Shown here: positions 14,031 to 22,537 of the stretch, one piece after another
Layout: each line of letters opens with the position of its first letter
Position numbering within the stretch: the first letter of the stretch is position 1
NCBI GenBank assembly: GCA_003525075.1
Contig: DQFO01000007.1
Coordinates: forward strand, 50,625-82,624
Reading direction: 5' to 3'
Length of the DNA: 32,000 bases
Source: Clostridiales bacterium
GTDB lineage: Bacteria > Bacillota > Clostridia > TANB77 > CAG-508
Notes under the pieces: generated by a model
What the model was told of the DNA's origin: nothing
The model's database searches: none
The model's input: the letters and a program-made list of their open reading frames with translations, nothing else
Program-made: the position numbers and the translations under genes

Positions 14031-15716
14031 ATGGAAAAAATACTTTGTAATACCACTAATACTATGCAAAAAATGGATACACCTACAAAAGAAAAAATTA
14101 GTGGGGCAACTTTTTATCGTGTAAAATTATTTGATAGAGCAAATAGACATGATGCTAGAATTTCTTTGCCAATTTTTAAAACAGGAGTAAATCCTAGATT
14201 AAGTGCAAGTTCTTCTACCTCAAAAGAAGAAGCAGTATTAAAATTACTGGAAAAAATTAAGGCAGCATTAATTAATGGAATTAATGAAAAAACAGTAAGT
14301 GCTAATAATTTGTTTTTTATTTTTGATAACATTTCAACATCATTACATGATTTAGGAATACAAACAACCTTAATTTTAACACAATTTCATAATATTGTTT
14401 CATGCATATATGGATATTTGAACACAAATATTATTGCACCAGTTGCTCCTCAAGTAACGGATGCTGTTTTAAGTAATAATCAAATTGCTAATACAGATCT
14501 ATATGTTTCAAACGCAAATAACCAAATACAACCTGATAAAGATTTACGCGAAATATTATCTTTCCAACAGGTTGCAATAAAATGGTTTAATTACAAGAAA
14601 AAATTTACAATAAAAACAGAAGAAAATCTAAAACCTTTAAGCAAAAAAACTCTATCAGGTTATAATAAAATAATGAATTTAATCTTGATTCCTTATTTTG
14701 CTAATAATATAAATATAAATTCTTTAAGCAATGATGATTTAAATAATTGTATAAAATCAACGAAGGGTACTAGGCAAAAGGAAAGTGCACAAATAGTTTT
14801 AAAAATGATTATCGACTATGCTAGGGATCAAAACTATATAAATTCATTAAGAACAATTAACAAACCTCAAAAAGCACCTCAAAATTCAATGTTACAAATA
14901 GAAGGTCATGATTTTGTATATATAGAATCAAGTAGACAAGAACATTGGTTAGATTGTTTTGAAGATGCAGGAACAGATATTGCATATTTGTTTGAAGGAA
15001 TGTTGTTAGAAGGTCTTAGGCCAGAAGAAGCCTGTGGACTTTGTTGGGATTCAATAATAGATGATGACAATTATTTTATTATAAATACTGCTTTTAAAGA
15101 TTTTCCAATATATAATGAAAATGCTGAAATTATAGGTCATGTTAGAGAATATGATAAATTAAAAACAGACACAAGCTATAGAAAAATACCAATACATCCT
15201 AGATATAAAGATATATTAGCAGAACATAAAAAAAATCAAAAAAAGCTATTTAAAAAACTTAATTTAAAATGGAGTGAAAAAACACCAATATTTTTAAATA
15301 GATATCATAAGCCATATGTTCCTGAAAATCTTTCAAAAGCTTTAAGATCTTTTAGAAATAAGTATAATCTTGAATACCTTACACCCTATGGATTGCGACA
15401 TTCTTTTGCTACATTTATGTCTGAAAAAGGTATGAGAGATATTGTTTTAATGAAATTGATGGGACATGCAGACTTTAGAACAACTGAAAAATACTATATT
15501 TTTGTATCTGATGAAAGAAAGAAAAAAGAATATGAACAAGCATGGGGATTAACTCCAACAACAAATGAAGAAAACATTGATTGCTCTAATATTCAAAATA
15601 ATAATGATAACAATATTGATATGAACATGATGGCAAAAGAATTTGAACAATTGCAAAAAATATGGATGCAAACTCTTGCAATATTTGTAATGGCACAAAA
15701 AAATAATACCATTTAA
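14031..15716 (+). CDS. int: tyrosine integrase (Tn916-Int-like, with extended N-terminal region)
   Basis: 561 aa. GGGAGGA SD. Catalytic GLRPEEACGLCWDSI ... TPYGLRHSFATFMSEKG ... LMGHADFRTTEKYY. The stop lies 11 nt from the 3' end of tRNA-Lys. Confidence 0.85.
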   Translation: MEKILCNTTNTMQKMDTPTKEKISGATFYRVKLFDRANRHDARISLPIFKTGVNPRLSASSSTSKEEAVLKLLEKIKAALINGINEKTVSANNLFFIFDNISTSLHDLGIQTTLILTQFHNIVSCIYGYLNTNIIAPVAPQVTDAVLSNNQIANTDLYVSNANNQIQPDKDLREILSFQQVAIKWFNYKKKFTIKTEENLKPLSKKTLSGYNKIMNLILIPYFANNININSLSNDDLNNCIKSTKGTRQKESAQIVLKMIIDYARDQNYINSLRTINKPQKAPQNSMLQIEGHDFVYIESSRQEHWLDCFEDAGTDIAYLFEGMLLEGLRPEEACGLCWDSIIDDDNYFIINTAFKDFPIYNENAEIIGHVREYDKLKTDTSYRKIPIHPRYKDILAEHKKNQKKLFKKLNLKWSEKTPIFLNRYHKPYVPENLSKALRSFRNKYNLEYLTPYGLRHSFATFMSEKGMRDIVLMKLMGHADFRTTEKYYIFVSDERKKKEYEQAWGLTPTTNEENIDCSNIQNNNDNNIDMNMMAKEFEQLQKIWMQTLAIFVMAQKNNTI

Positions 15717-15726
15717 GGTATTATTT

Positions 15727-15802
15727 TGGTGCATCACCGGGGAATCGAACCCCGAACCTCCAGATTAAGAGTCTGTTGCTCTGCCAATTGAGCTAGTGAT
15801 GC
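15727..15802 (-). tRNA. tRNA-Lys (anticodon CTT), CCA encoded
   Basis: The reverse complement folds by hand as GCATCAC/TA/GCTC-AATTGGCA-GAGC/A/ACAGA-CTCTTAA-TCTGG/AGGTT/CGGGG-TTCGATT-CCCCG/GTGATGC-A-CCA. Confidence 0.85.
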
Positions 15803-15806
15803 ATGT

Positions 15807-15870
15807 AAAAAAAGTTTATTGGCTATAAAAAATGTTTATTAGTTTTAAAAAAAATTTATTGGTTATAAAT
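15807..15870. repeat. three imperfect 20-bp-spaced repeats (A5-6 N TTTATT RG YT)
   Basis: The TTTATT blocks end at exactly 15820, 15840 and 15860 (GTTTATTGGCTAT / GTTTATTAGTTTT / ATTTATTGGTTAT). Confidence 0.6.
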
Positions 15871-15950
15871 ATTGGTGCAAGTTGGTGCAAGTTGGTGCAA
15901 GTTGGTGCAAGTTGGTGCAAGTTGGCGCAAGTTGGCGCAAGTTGGCGCAT
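15871..15950. repeat. 8 x 10-bp head-to-tail tandem repeat (5 x TTGGTGCAAG-type, then 3 x TTGGCGCAAG-type)
   Basis: Read directly: attggtgcaa, (gttggtgcaa)x4, (gttggcgcaa)x2, gttggcgcat. The unit contains TGGTGCA, the same 7-mer found at the ends of both flanking tRNA-Lys sequences. Confidence 0.95.
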
Positions 15951-16007
15951 TTTACAGATTTTATAAAAAAGTAAAACCTGTAAAAATCTACAAATACAGT
16001 GTTATAT

Positions 16008-16084
16008 GCACATTGGCGTTAATAGATATATCCCATTGCCATCTGATTAAGAGTCAGCTGCTCTACCAGCTGAGCTAATGGTGC
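16008..16084 (-). pseudogene. degenerate tRNA-Lys(CTT)-like sequence with disrupted T-arm
   Basis: The reverse complement GCACCAT/TA/GCTC-AGCTGGTA-GAGC/A/GCTGA-CTCTTAA-TCAGA is a good tRNA up to the anticodon arm. It is followed by TGGCAATGGGATATATCTATTAACGCC (no T-stem or TTCGA loop) and AATGTGC, an acceptor 3' strand one base short. Confidence 0.55.
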
Positions 16085-16091
16085 AAATAAA

Positions 16092-16121
16092 TAAGTTTGT
16101 TATATCAATATAACAAACTTA
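16092..16121 (-). terminator. 12-13 bp perfect hairpin (TAAGTTTGTTATA-TCAA-TATAACAAACTTA), probable terminator of the VanW gene
   Basis: Read directly. On the minus strand it is followed by an ATTTATTT tract. Confidence 0.5.
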
Positions 16122-16203
16122 TTATAATACTATTTAAAACTTTTGTCAATATATGAATTTATATTTTAATCAAATCGTTTTTCTATTAGACATTTAATAC
16201 TAT

Positions 16204-17850
16204 TTAATTTCCTGTTCCTACTCTAACAATTTTTTGCATTGCATTATATGTATCTTTAGAAAGAAGTGTTCTTGAAACAACCTCTCCATTTAATCTTTTA
16301 ACTTTATAGGCTTCATATTTACTGCCATTATTACCATTTTGAACAACTTTTTGAGTTCCTACTGGTAAACTTGAATCATTAATATATTGTGTTGTATATG
16401 CAATTGTAGCAGTTTTCTTTGTTTCTATAGAAATATCATATTCTGTCTCTTCCCTGTGTCCCCATATTTGTATTGTAGCAACTCCTCCACTAACTGTGGT
16501 CGTAATTCTTATAGGGTATTTTCTTGAATTCTTAAATTTAAAATCTTGTGATCCCCATACAACTGTAGCATCTTTACCTCCTGGTAAATATGAAGTAATA
16601 AATTGATGATTTCTTCTCACAGTTACATCTAAATCTGCAAACACAACAGCATCATATAAAGTTGAAGATATTTGACATATACCTCCACCAAGACCATCTA
16701 CAACTTTTCCACCTGAATAAGTTGCTGCCATTTTATAACCAGCTGCAATTGTTCTCTCTCCTACAGTTTGATTATATGAAAATTCATCTCCAACTAATAA
16801 AACCTTACCATTTATTTTTCCAGCTGCCAACTTTAAATTAGTTGTTCTTCCTGTATTACTAGCATTATATTTAGTTGAACATGTTCCTAATAAATCTGGA
16901 AACGCTTCTGTTCCTATATCATTTACTGTTTTATCTGGTTGTGTTATTATAAGTGGAATTTCATATTCTTCTTTTTCTTCTTCTATTATTGATTTTGCAC
17001 TTTCTATATCAAAATCAATTCCTTTTACTTCTGGATATATTGTAAATGGATTATTTGTATAATATGCATCTTGTGCCTTTTTATATATTTCATTATGTAT
17101 CTTTTCCAAATCAATTGCCTGTGGTTCTTTATAAGAAAATGGAACCTCTAAAATTGTACTTTTTTCAGAATTAATATTTAAAATATTTGTTACCATGTTT
17201 TTCACTTCAGATTCATTAACATCAATTCCTTTTTTTCCTGGTGTAATAATTAATTTATCATTTTCAATATAATAACTTGGTTCTACTATTGCATCTTCTG
17301 AAGTATTATTTATATTTTCACAAACTTGTTTTATTACATTTTCATCAAAACTTGCTTCTAATTCATATTTATTACCATTAATCCATGTAGAAAGGATTTC
17401 AAAATTATTTTTTATTATATTACTTCCTCTTCCTACCTGATATGCTTTTTCTACTTTTTCTTTTATATCAAATTCTACTTCTAAAGCTTCATAAGTAATT
17501 GGAGTTTCAACTTCTTTATATTTAAAAATTATTTCATTTTCTTTTTCTTTATCTGTAATCTCATTTAATAAACTATTTGCCTCTTCTATTGTCAAATTAG
17601 AAACATCTATATTTTCAATTAATATTCCTTTTATAATTTTTTTGTTCCCAATATTTATTAATGCAAATATTGTCGAAAAAATTAATAAAATAATTACTAT
17701 TATTAAACTTGATATTATAATCCACTTTTTACTCTTTTTCTCAGTAACAACAATCTGCTGATTATCAATGTTTTCTTCATTGTTTTCATTTTTTATCTCT
17801 GGTATTTCTAGTTCTTTTATATCATCTGTTTTTTCTTTTAAATCAATCAT
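16204..17850 (-). CDS. VanW-family protein with N-terminal TM anchor and C-terminal G5 domain
   Basis: TM helix WIIISSLIIVIILLIFSTIFALI. VanW core TYSGGKVVDGLGGGICQISSTLYDAVVFADLDVTVRRNHQF. The C-terminal YTTQYINDSSLPVGTQKVVQNGNNGSKYEAYKVKRLNGEVVSR...RVGT is G5-like. The start is set at ATG 17850 after a GGAG SD. Confidence 0.8.
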   Translation of the reverse strand: MIDLKEKTDDIKELEIPEIKNENNEENIDNQQIVVTEKKSKKWIIISSLIIVIILLIFSTIFALINIGNKKIIKGILIENIDVSNLTIEEANSLLNEITDKEKENEIIFKYKEVETPITYEALEVEFDIKEKVEKAYQVGRGSNIIKNNFEILSTWINGNKYELEASFDENVIKQVCENINNTSEDAIVEPSYYIENDKLIITPGKKGIDVNESEVKNMVTNILNINSEKSTILEVPFSYKEPQAIDLEKIHNEIYKKAQDAYYTNNPFTIYPEVKGIDFDIESAKSIIEEEKEEYEIPLIITQPDKTVNDIGTEAFPDLLGTCSTKYNASNTGRTTNLKLAAGKINGKVLLVGDEFSYNQTVGERTIAAGYKMAATYSGGKVVDGLGGGICQISSTLYDAVVFADLDVTVRRNHQFITSYLPGGKDATVVWGSQDFKFKNSRKYPIRITTTVSGGVATIQIWGHREETEYDISIETKKTATIAYTTQYINDSSLPVGTQKVVQNGNNGSKYEAYKVKRLNGEVVSRTLLSKDTYNAMQKIVRVGTGN

Positions 17851-18018
17851 ATACAACTCCTTTTCATTCTCATTAATAATAACATATATTTAACTTTTTT
17901 ACAATCTATTTTAATAAATCTATAACTTATAGTTTTATGAATTTTTTGACAAAAAGACTTGCATATTGTAAAATAAAATATTATAATATGTTCTATCAAA
18001 AGATAAGGAGTTTTCAAA

Positions 18019-18489
18019 ATGGAATTAGTAAAAAATATATTCTTTAATACTGATAAATTAGTTGAAAATAGTAAAATAAAAATATCATATACAGGTAAAT
18101 TTTTTCAGGACAATTCTGAAAAGGTTTCTATTCATTATGGTTTTGGAAACAATTGGGACAATTTAACTTCAACTCAAATGGTAAAAACAGAATTAGGTTA
18201 CCAAATTGAAATTGAAATTGGTGAAGTTGAAACTTTTAATTTTTGTTTTTGTAACGAAAAAAATGAATGGGATAATAATGACGGAAAAAATTATATTTTT
18301 GTTATTGAAAAGCAACCTGTTGAATTAATTACTTTAGAAGATGAACCTGTTTCTTTAGGTTCTGCTCGAAAACTCAGAAAATCATATATTTGGAGTAAAA
18401 AAATAAGATTAGCAGTTTATAAAATAATTACATATCTTCCTAGAATAATATCTGGAAATTACAAAAAGAATTCAACTGCAAATGGATAA
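18019..18489 (+). CDS. CBM25/CBM53-like carbohydrate-binding domain protein
   Basis: KISYTG......KVSIHYGFGNNWDN...MVKTELGYQIEIEI....FNFCFCNEKNEWDNNDGKNYIF resembles starch-binding-type CBM repeats. AAGGAG SD. Confidence 0.45.
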   Translation: MELVKNIFFNTDKLVENSKIKISYTGKFFQDNSEKVSIHYGFGNNWDNLTSTQMVKTELGYQIEIEIGEVETFNFCFCNEKNEWDNNDGKNYIFVIEKQPVELITLEDEPVSLGSARKLRKSYIWSKKIRLAVYKIITYLPRIISGNYKKNSTANG

Positions 18490-18492
18490 AAA

Positions 18493-18520
18493 AGTACTGA
18501 ATATTATTTCAGTACTTTTT
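18493..18520. terminator. bidirectional terminator hairpin AGTACTGAA-loop-TTCAGTACT
   Basis: It lies between the convergent stops at 18489 (+) and 18519 (-). A-run on the 5' side, T-run on the 3' side. Confidence 0.7.
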
Positions 18521-19238
18521 ATCTAATCACCCATCCTCCATTTATAGAAATTATTTGTCCAGTTGTATATTCATCTTCAATTAACCATTCTATACATTTT
18601 GAAATATCACCTTTTTTTCCTATTCTCTCAAGAGGAATTTCTTCTTTTATCGCTTCTATTTCTTCTGCAGAATAACAATTATTCATTTCTGTATCAATAA
18701 TTCCAGGTGCAATAGAATTAACTCTAATATTTGATGGTCCTAATTCTTTTGCTAATGATTTTGTCATTCCATCTACTCCAGCTTTTGCAACAGAATAAAT
18801 AGATTCGCATGAACTCCCAACAATTCCCCATATTGATGATATATTTATAATACATCCTTCTTTTCTCATAATCATATTTGTTAATACTTCTTGTGTAGTA
18901 CAAAAAACAGAATATAAATCATTATTAATTATTTTATTCCATTCCTTATCTGTAACATCTGTAAATAAACCTGTTAGTGAGATTCCTGCATTATTAATTA
19001 ATACATCTATTTTTTTATATTTCTCTAATATAGATTTAATCATATTATGTACTTCTTCTCTTTTTGAAACATCAGCTTTATAAATATCTATATTTGCATA
19101 TTTACTTTTTAATTCTTTGGCTTTTTCTTCTGACCTATTATAATTTGCTATTACTTGATATCCTTTTTGAGCAAGTTTTTCAGCTATGTCTCTTCCAATT
19201 CCTCTTGATGCCCCTGTTATTAATACAACTTTATTCAT
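18519..19238 (-). CDS. SDR-family oxidoreductase (FabG / YmfI-like 3-oxoacyl reductase type)
   Basis: TGASRGIG, NNAG, and S...YSVAKAG catalytic motifs, with RVNSIAPGIIDTEM. Confidence 0.85.
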   Translation of the reverse strand: MNKVVLITGASRGIGRDIAEKLAQKGYQVIANYNRSEEKAKELKSKYANIDIYKADVSKREEVHNMIKSILEKYKKIDVLINNAGISLTGLFTDVTDKEWNKIINNDLYSVFCTTQEVLTNMIMRKEGCIINISSIWGIVGSSCESIYSVAKAGVDGMTKSLAKELGPSNIRVNSIAPGIIDTEMNNCYSAEEIEAIKEEIPLERIGKKGDISKCIEWLIEDEYTTGQIISINGGWVIR

Positions 19239-19320
19239 TTTTTATACCTTTCTTTTTTATATTATTATATAAAATAAAAAAAAGCCAATAATTAAGCTTA
19301 TAGCAAAACTACTGACAATT

Positions 19321-19397
19321 TGGAGCCACTTCCCAGATTCGAACTGGGGACCCCCGCATTACAAGTGCGGTGCTCTGGCCAGCTGAGCTAAAGTGGC
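19321..19397 (-). tRNA. tRNA-Thr (anticodon TGT)
   Basis: The reverse complement GCCACTT/TA/GCTC..GAGC/A/CCGCA-CTTGTAA-TGCGG/GGGTC/CCCAG-TTCGAAT-CTGGG/AAGTGGC-T-CCA was folded by hand. Confidence 0.85.
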
Positions 19398-19399
19398 AA

Positions 19400-19474
19400 T
19401 GGTGACCCCGACGGGAATCGAACCCATGACTCCGCCGTGAAAGGGCGGTGTCTTAACCGCTTGACCACGGGGCC
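19400..19474 (-). tRNA. tRNA-Glu (anticodon TTC)
   Basis: The reverse complement is GGCCCCGTGGTCAAGCGGTTAAGACA-CCGCC-CTTTCAC-GGCGG-AGTC-ATGGG-TTCGATT-CCCGT-CGGGGTC-A-CCA. Confidence 0.85.
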
Positions 19475-19527
19475 ATATAAATGAGAGAATTCTAATTATA
19501 TTTCACATTAGAATTCTTTTTAATCTT

Positions 19528-19603
19528 TGGTGAGCTATCCGCGACTCGAACGCGGGACAACTTGATTAAAAGTCAAGTGCTCTACCACCTGAGCTAATAG
19601 CCC
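19528..19603 (-). tRNA. tRNA-Lys (anticodon TTT)
   Basis: The reverse complement is GGGCTAT/TA/GCTC-AGGTGGTA-GAGC/A/CTTGA-CTTTTAA-TCAAG/TTGTC/CCGCG-TTCGAGT-CGCGG/ATAGCTC-A-CCA. Confidence 0.85.
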
Positions 19604-19632
19604 GTAAACAATGTATTGAACATTGCTTAATT

Positions 19633-19661
19633 ATAATACTACAATCAGATTCATTTGTCAA
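19633..19661 (-). promoter_or_regulatory. sigma-A-type promoter for the tRNA-Lys/Glu/Thr cluster
   Basis: Minus strand: TTGACA, 17 nt, TATTAT(AAT), about 30 nt upstream of the tRNA-Lys(TTT) 5' end. Confidence 0.5.
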
Positions 19662-19727
19662 TACATTTTTTTAAAATTTTTTAAATTTTTTTATTTTTTG
19701 TTGTATCATGTCAAAAAGTTATCAACT

Positions 19728-19919
19728 TTACTCTTCTTCATTCAATTTCTTTACAACTTCTTCAACATCAATTCCATGTACTTCACAAGCTTCTTCCAAT
19801 GTTTCCATTTGTGATGCAGGACATCCTAAACAATGCATTCCAATTTCAATTAATATATCTGCTTTTTCTGGTGCAATCTCTAAAATTTCACCAATTTTTG
19901 TATCTTTATTAAATTTCAT
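19728..19919 (-). CDS. DUF1858 / hybrid-cluster-protein-associated redox disulfide protein
   Basis: 63 aa. The pattern TKIGEILEIAPEKADILIEIGMHCLGCPASQMETLEEACEVHGIDVEEVVKKLN contains the CxGC motif. Confidence 0.75.
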   Translation of the reverse strand: MKFNKDTKIGEILEIAPEKADILIEIGMHCLGCPASQMETLEEACEVHGIDVEEVVKKLNEEE

Positions 19920-20351
19920 TTTTATTTTCCTTTCTATATTATTATATCTTTTTTCAACTTATTTATTCTACTACATTTTTATATAAAAATCAAGTATATG
20001 TTTATAATTTACATAATTTTTTCACATTTTATTTATAAAATATTCATATAAAAAATTTGTAGTATTTTGTCATAAAATTATAAGATTTTTTTCAAAAAAA
20101 TATAGACAAATGAAAAAAATTATTATATTATTTTTTTGCTAGGCGGTGATTTTATTTCAAAATTAATTAATCTCTTTTTTATAATTTATTTTTTTAATTT
20201 TTTTATATTTATTTATTCTATTTATACTTTTTTGGATATTATATTTTTTCATAATTTACAAGGTTCAAAATTAAAATTAAAAAAAGAATTAATAAATAAA
20301 AATAAATAATTAATTTTATTTATTATTTTTTATAATGTGAGGTGAGCATTT

Positions 20352-22055
20352 ATCAAAAAATTTGTTCTTGCTTTTTTCTATACATTCCTCTCTCTTTTTT
20401 GTGCACAAAAATTATTTCATCCTCTTTATATATCCTCTGAAATAATTATATCCTCAGTATTTATTTCATTTGATATCTGTCAAAAAAATTTTTCCTTTTG
20501 GAATTTTTTAAAAACAAGTTTTTGGTTTTTATATTTCTATACAAACTTTATATTAATATACATATTAATTGGTAAATTAGAAAATTTAAAAAATCTTTTT
20601 AATTATCAAAAAAATAATAATATTATTTCAAAAAATAATAATTATTCTTCAAAAAATAAAAATCAAATTAATTTATTAATAGGGAAAGAATTTAATTCCC
20701 ATAAAAATATTATTATTTCTGAATCAGGACTATATCAAAATTTTTTAATAACAGGAACAATTGGAACAGGAAAAACATCTTCTGCAATGTATCCTTTTAC
20801 AGAACAATTTATAAAATATAATTCATTAAATAAAAATAGTAAAATTCCAATTTTAATTTTGGATGTAAAAGGAAATTACTATAAATATGTAAAAAATTTA
20901 TTAATTAAATATAATTTAAAAAACGATTTAATAGAAATTGGATTAAATTCAAAAATAAAATATAATCCTCTTCATAAACCAAACTTAAAACCTTCTGTTT
21001 TAGCTAATAGATTAAAAACAATTTTATTATTATTCTCTGAAAACAATTCAGAATCATTCTGGCTTGATAAAGCAGAACAAGTTTTAACAGAAGCTATAAA
21101 ACTTTGTAGATTCTATAATAATGGATATGTAACATTTATTGAATTGCATAAATTAATTACTGAAATTGATTATTATAATTCAAAATTAAAAATATTAAAA
21201 AATTTATTTTATGAAAATAAATTTAATCATAAACAAATTTATGAATTAAACTCTGCTTTGGATTTTTTTGAAAAAGAATTCCATTCGTTAGATTCAAGAA
21301 CCTCAGCAATACTAAAATCTGAAATTACACGTATTACAAATATATTTGTCTCAGATTATAATATATCCCAAACCTTTTGTGCTCCTTTAGATGAATTAAA
21401 TTTTAAAGGCTTTTCCTCTATGCTAAATTGTGGAAAAATTGTTATATTAAATATGAATATTGCAGAATACAAAAATTTATCAAAATTAATTTCAGCATAT
21501 TTAAAATTAGATTTTCAATCTGAAGTAATGTATAATTTATCAAAAAACAAGGCCAAACCATGCGCCTTCATTTGTGATGAATATGCTGAATATGTTACTA
21601 AAACAGATGCTGACTTTTTCTCTCTTAGCCGTGAGGCAAAATGTATAAATATTGTTTCTACTCAAAGTTATTCTTCTCTAAAAAATACATTAAAAGATGA
21701 TAATTCTGTAAAAGTAATTATTCAAAATTTAATTAATAAATTATGGTTTAGAACTGATGATATTTATACAATTGAAGAAGTCCAAAAACAATTAGGAAAA
21801 GAAGATAAAGAAAAAACTTCTTCAACTATATCAGAAAACGCAAAAGAAACATATTTTAACTATATTACTAATTCATTCAATTCCAAAAATTCAAATATTA
21901 CAGAAAGTTATAATACTTATACTCAATCTGATTTTATTTTCGATACAAATTTTTTTACTCAAAATTTAGAAATATTTTCTTGCCTAGCTTTTTTATCTGA
22001 TGGAGAAAAAATTTTAACTCCTCAAAAATTAAAAATGTTTCCATATTTTAAATAA
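20352..22055 (+). CDS. type IV coupling protein (VirD4/TraG-like), no canonical start codon
   Basis: The frame is open from 20346. It encodes two N-terminal TM helices (KKFVLAFFYTFLSLFCAQ; FWFLYFYTNFILIYILIG) and Walker A LITGTIGTGKTSS (about 20745-20783), all upstream of the first ATG (20787). Walker B FICDEYAEY, then REAKCINIVSTQSYSSL. There is no in-frame ATG, GTG or TTG between 20346 and 20787. A GAGGTGA SD sits 6 nt before ATC 20352. Confidence 0.7.
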   Translation: MKKFVLAFFYTFLSLFCAQKLFHPLYISSEIIISSVFISFDICQKNFSFWNFLKTSFWFLYFYTNFILIYILIGKLENLKNLFNYQKNNNIISKNNNYSSKNKNQINLLIGKEFNSHKNIIISESGLYQNFLITGTIGTGKTSSAMYPFTEQFIKYNSLNKNSKIPILILDVKGNYYKYVKNLLIKYNLKNDLIEIGLNSKIKYNPLHKPNLKPSVLANRLKTILLLFSENNSESFWLDKAEQVLTEAIKLCRFYNNGYVTFIELHKLITEIDYYNSKLKILKNLFYENKFNHKQIYELNSALDFFEKEFHSLDSRTSAILKSEITRITNIFVSDYNISQTFCAPLDELNFKGFSSMLNCGKIVILNMNIAEYKNLSKLISAYLKLDFQSEVMYNLSKNKAKPCAFICDEYAEYVTKTDADFFSLSREAKCINIVSTQSYSSLKNTLKDDNSVKVIIQNLINKLWFRTDDIYTIEEVQKQLGKEDKEKTSSTISENAKETYFNYITNSFNSKNSNITESYNTYTQSDFIFDTNFFTQNLEIFSCLAFLSDGEKILTPQKLKMFPYFK

Positions 22056-22117
22056 TTTATTATTTATTTCTATTAATTATTTTTTCTAATTAATAAAATT
22101 TATAGAATGGAGGTTTT

Positions 22118-22435
22118 ATGAAAAAAATTATTTTCAACTTAATTTTAGTTATATTATTACTATTTATTTTTTCAATCCAAGCTTTTGCATCTACTCCAAA
22201 ATTGGTAAATAAAGTAAATGATGCATTTAAAGAGATAGAAGAATGGATTCTTAAAATATCTACGCCTGCTGCAGCTGTGGCAATTTGTTCTGGAGCTCTT
22301 ATGCGAAAGTTTAGTTTTGGTGATGAAGAAAAAATAAGAACTGGAAAAAAACTTATTACAGGTTCATTATTTTCTTATGCATTTATTTTAGCAGCTGATT
22401 TAATTTTATCTGCAATTCAATCATTAATTAATTAA
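22118..22435 (+). CDS. VirB2/TrbC-like pilin-type protein
   Basis: 105 aa. Signal peptide ending QAFAS and two hydrophobic helices (TPAAAVAICSGALM; GSLFSYAFILAADLILSAI). GGAGG SD. Confidence 0.55.
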   Translation: MKKIIFNLILVILLLFIFSIQAFASTPKLVNKVNDAFKEIEEWILKISTPAAAVAICSGALMRKFSFGDEEKIRTGKKLITGSLFSYAFILAADLILSAIQSLIN

Positions 22436-22537
22436 TAATTTATTTAAATTATTTTTTTATAATTTAATATTTATTTTTATAATTATTAATTTTTTATATT
22501 TATAAAAAATATTTATTAAATATTTTTAGGAGGCATA

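Noticed and set aside
15871-15950. Possible CRISPR array.
   Set aside because: The units are 10 bp, head-to-tail, with no spacers, and no cas genes are present. It is a microsatellite-type tandem repeat, not a CRISPR.
15872-16078. The 68-aa ORF MVQVGASWCKLVQVGASW... spanning the decamer array.
   Set aside because: It is an artefact of translating the 10-bp tandem repeat and the degenerate tRNA. There is no SD, and it overlaps an RNA-like sequence.
20110-20309. A small membrane ORF upstream of the coupling protein. MKKIIILFF stops after 10 codons at a T7 run. A TTG-initiated 57-aa ORF follows in another frame, so this could be a homopolymer phase switch.
   Set aside because: The ORFs are short and extremely AT-rich, with no SD and no conservation evidence. 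They cannot be separated from noise in this window.
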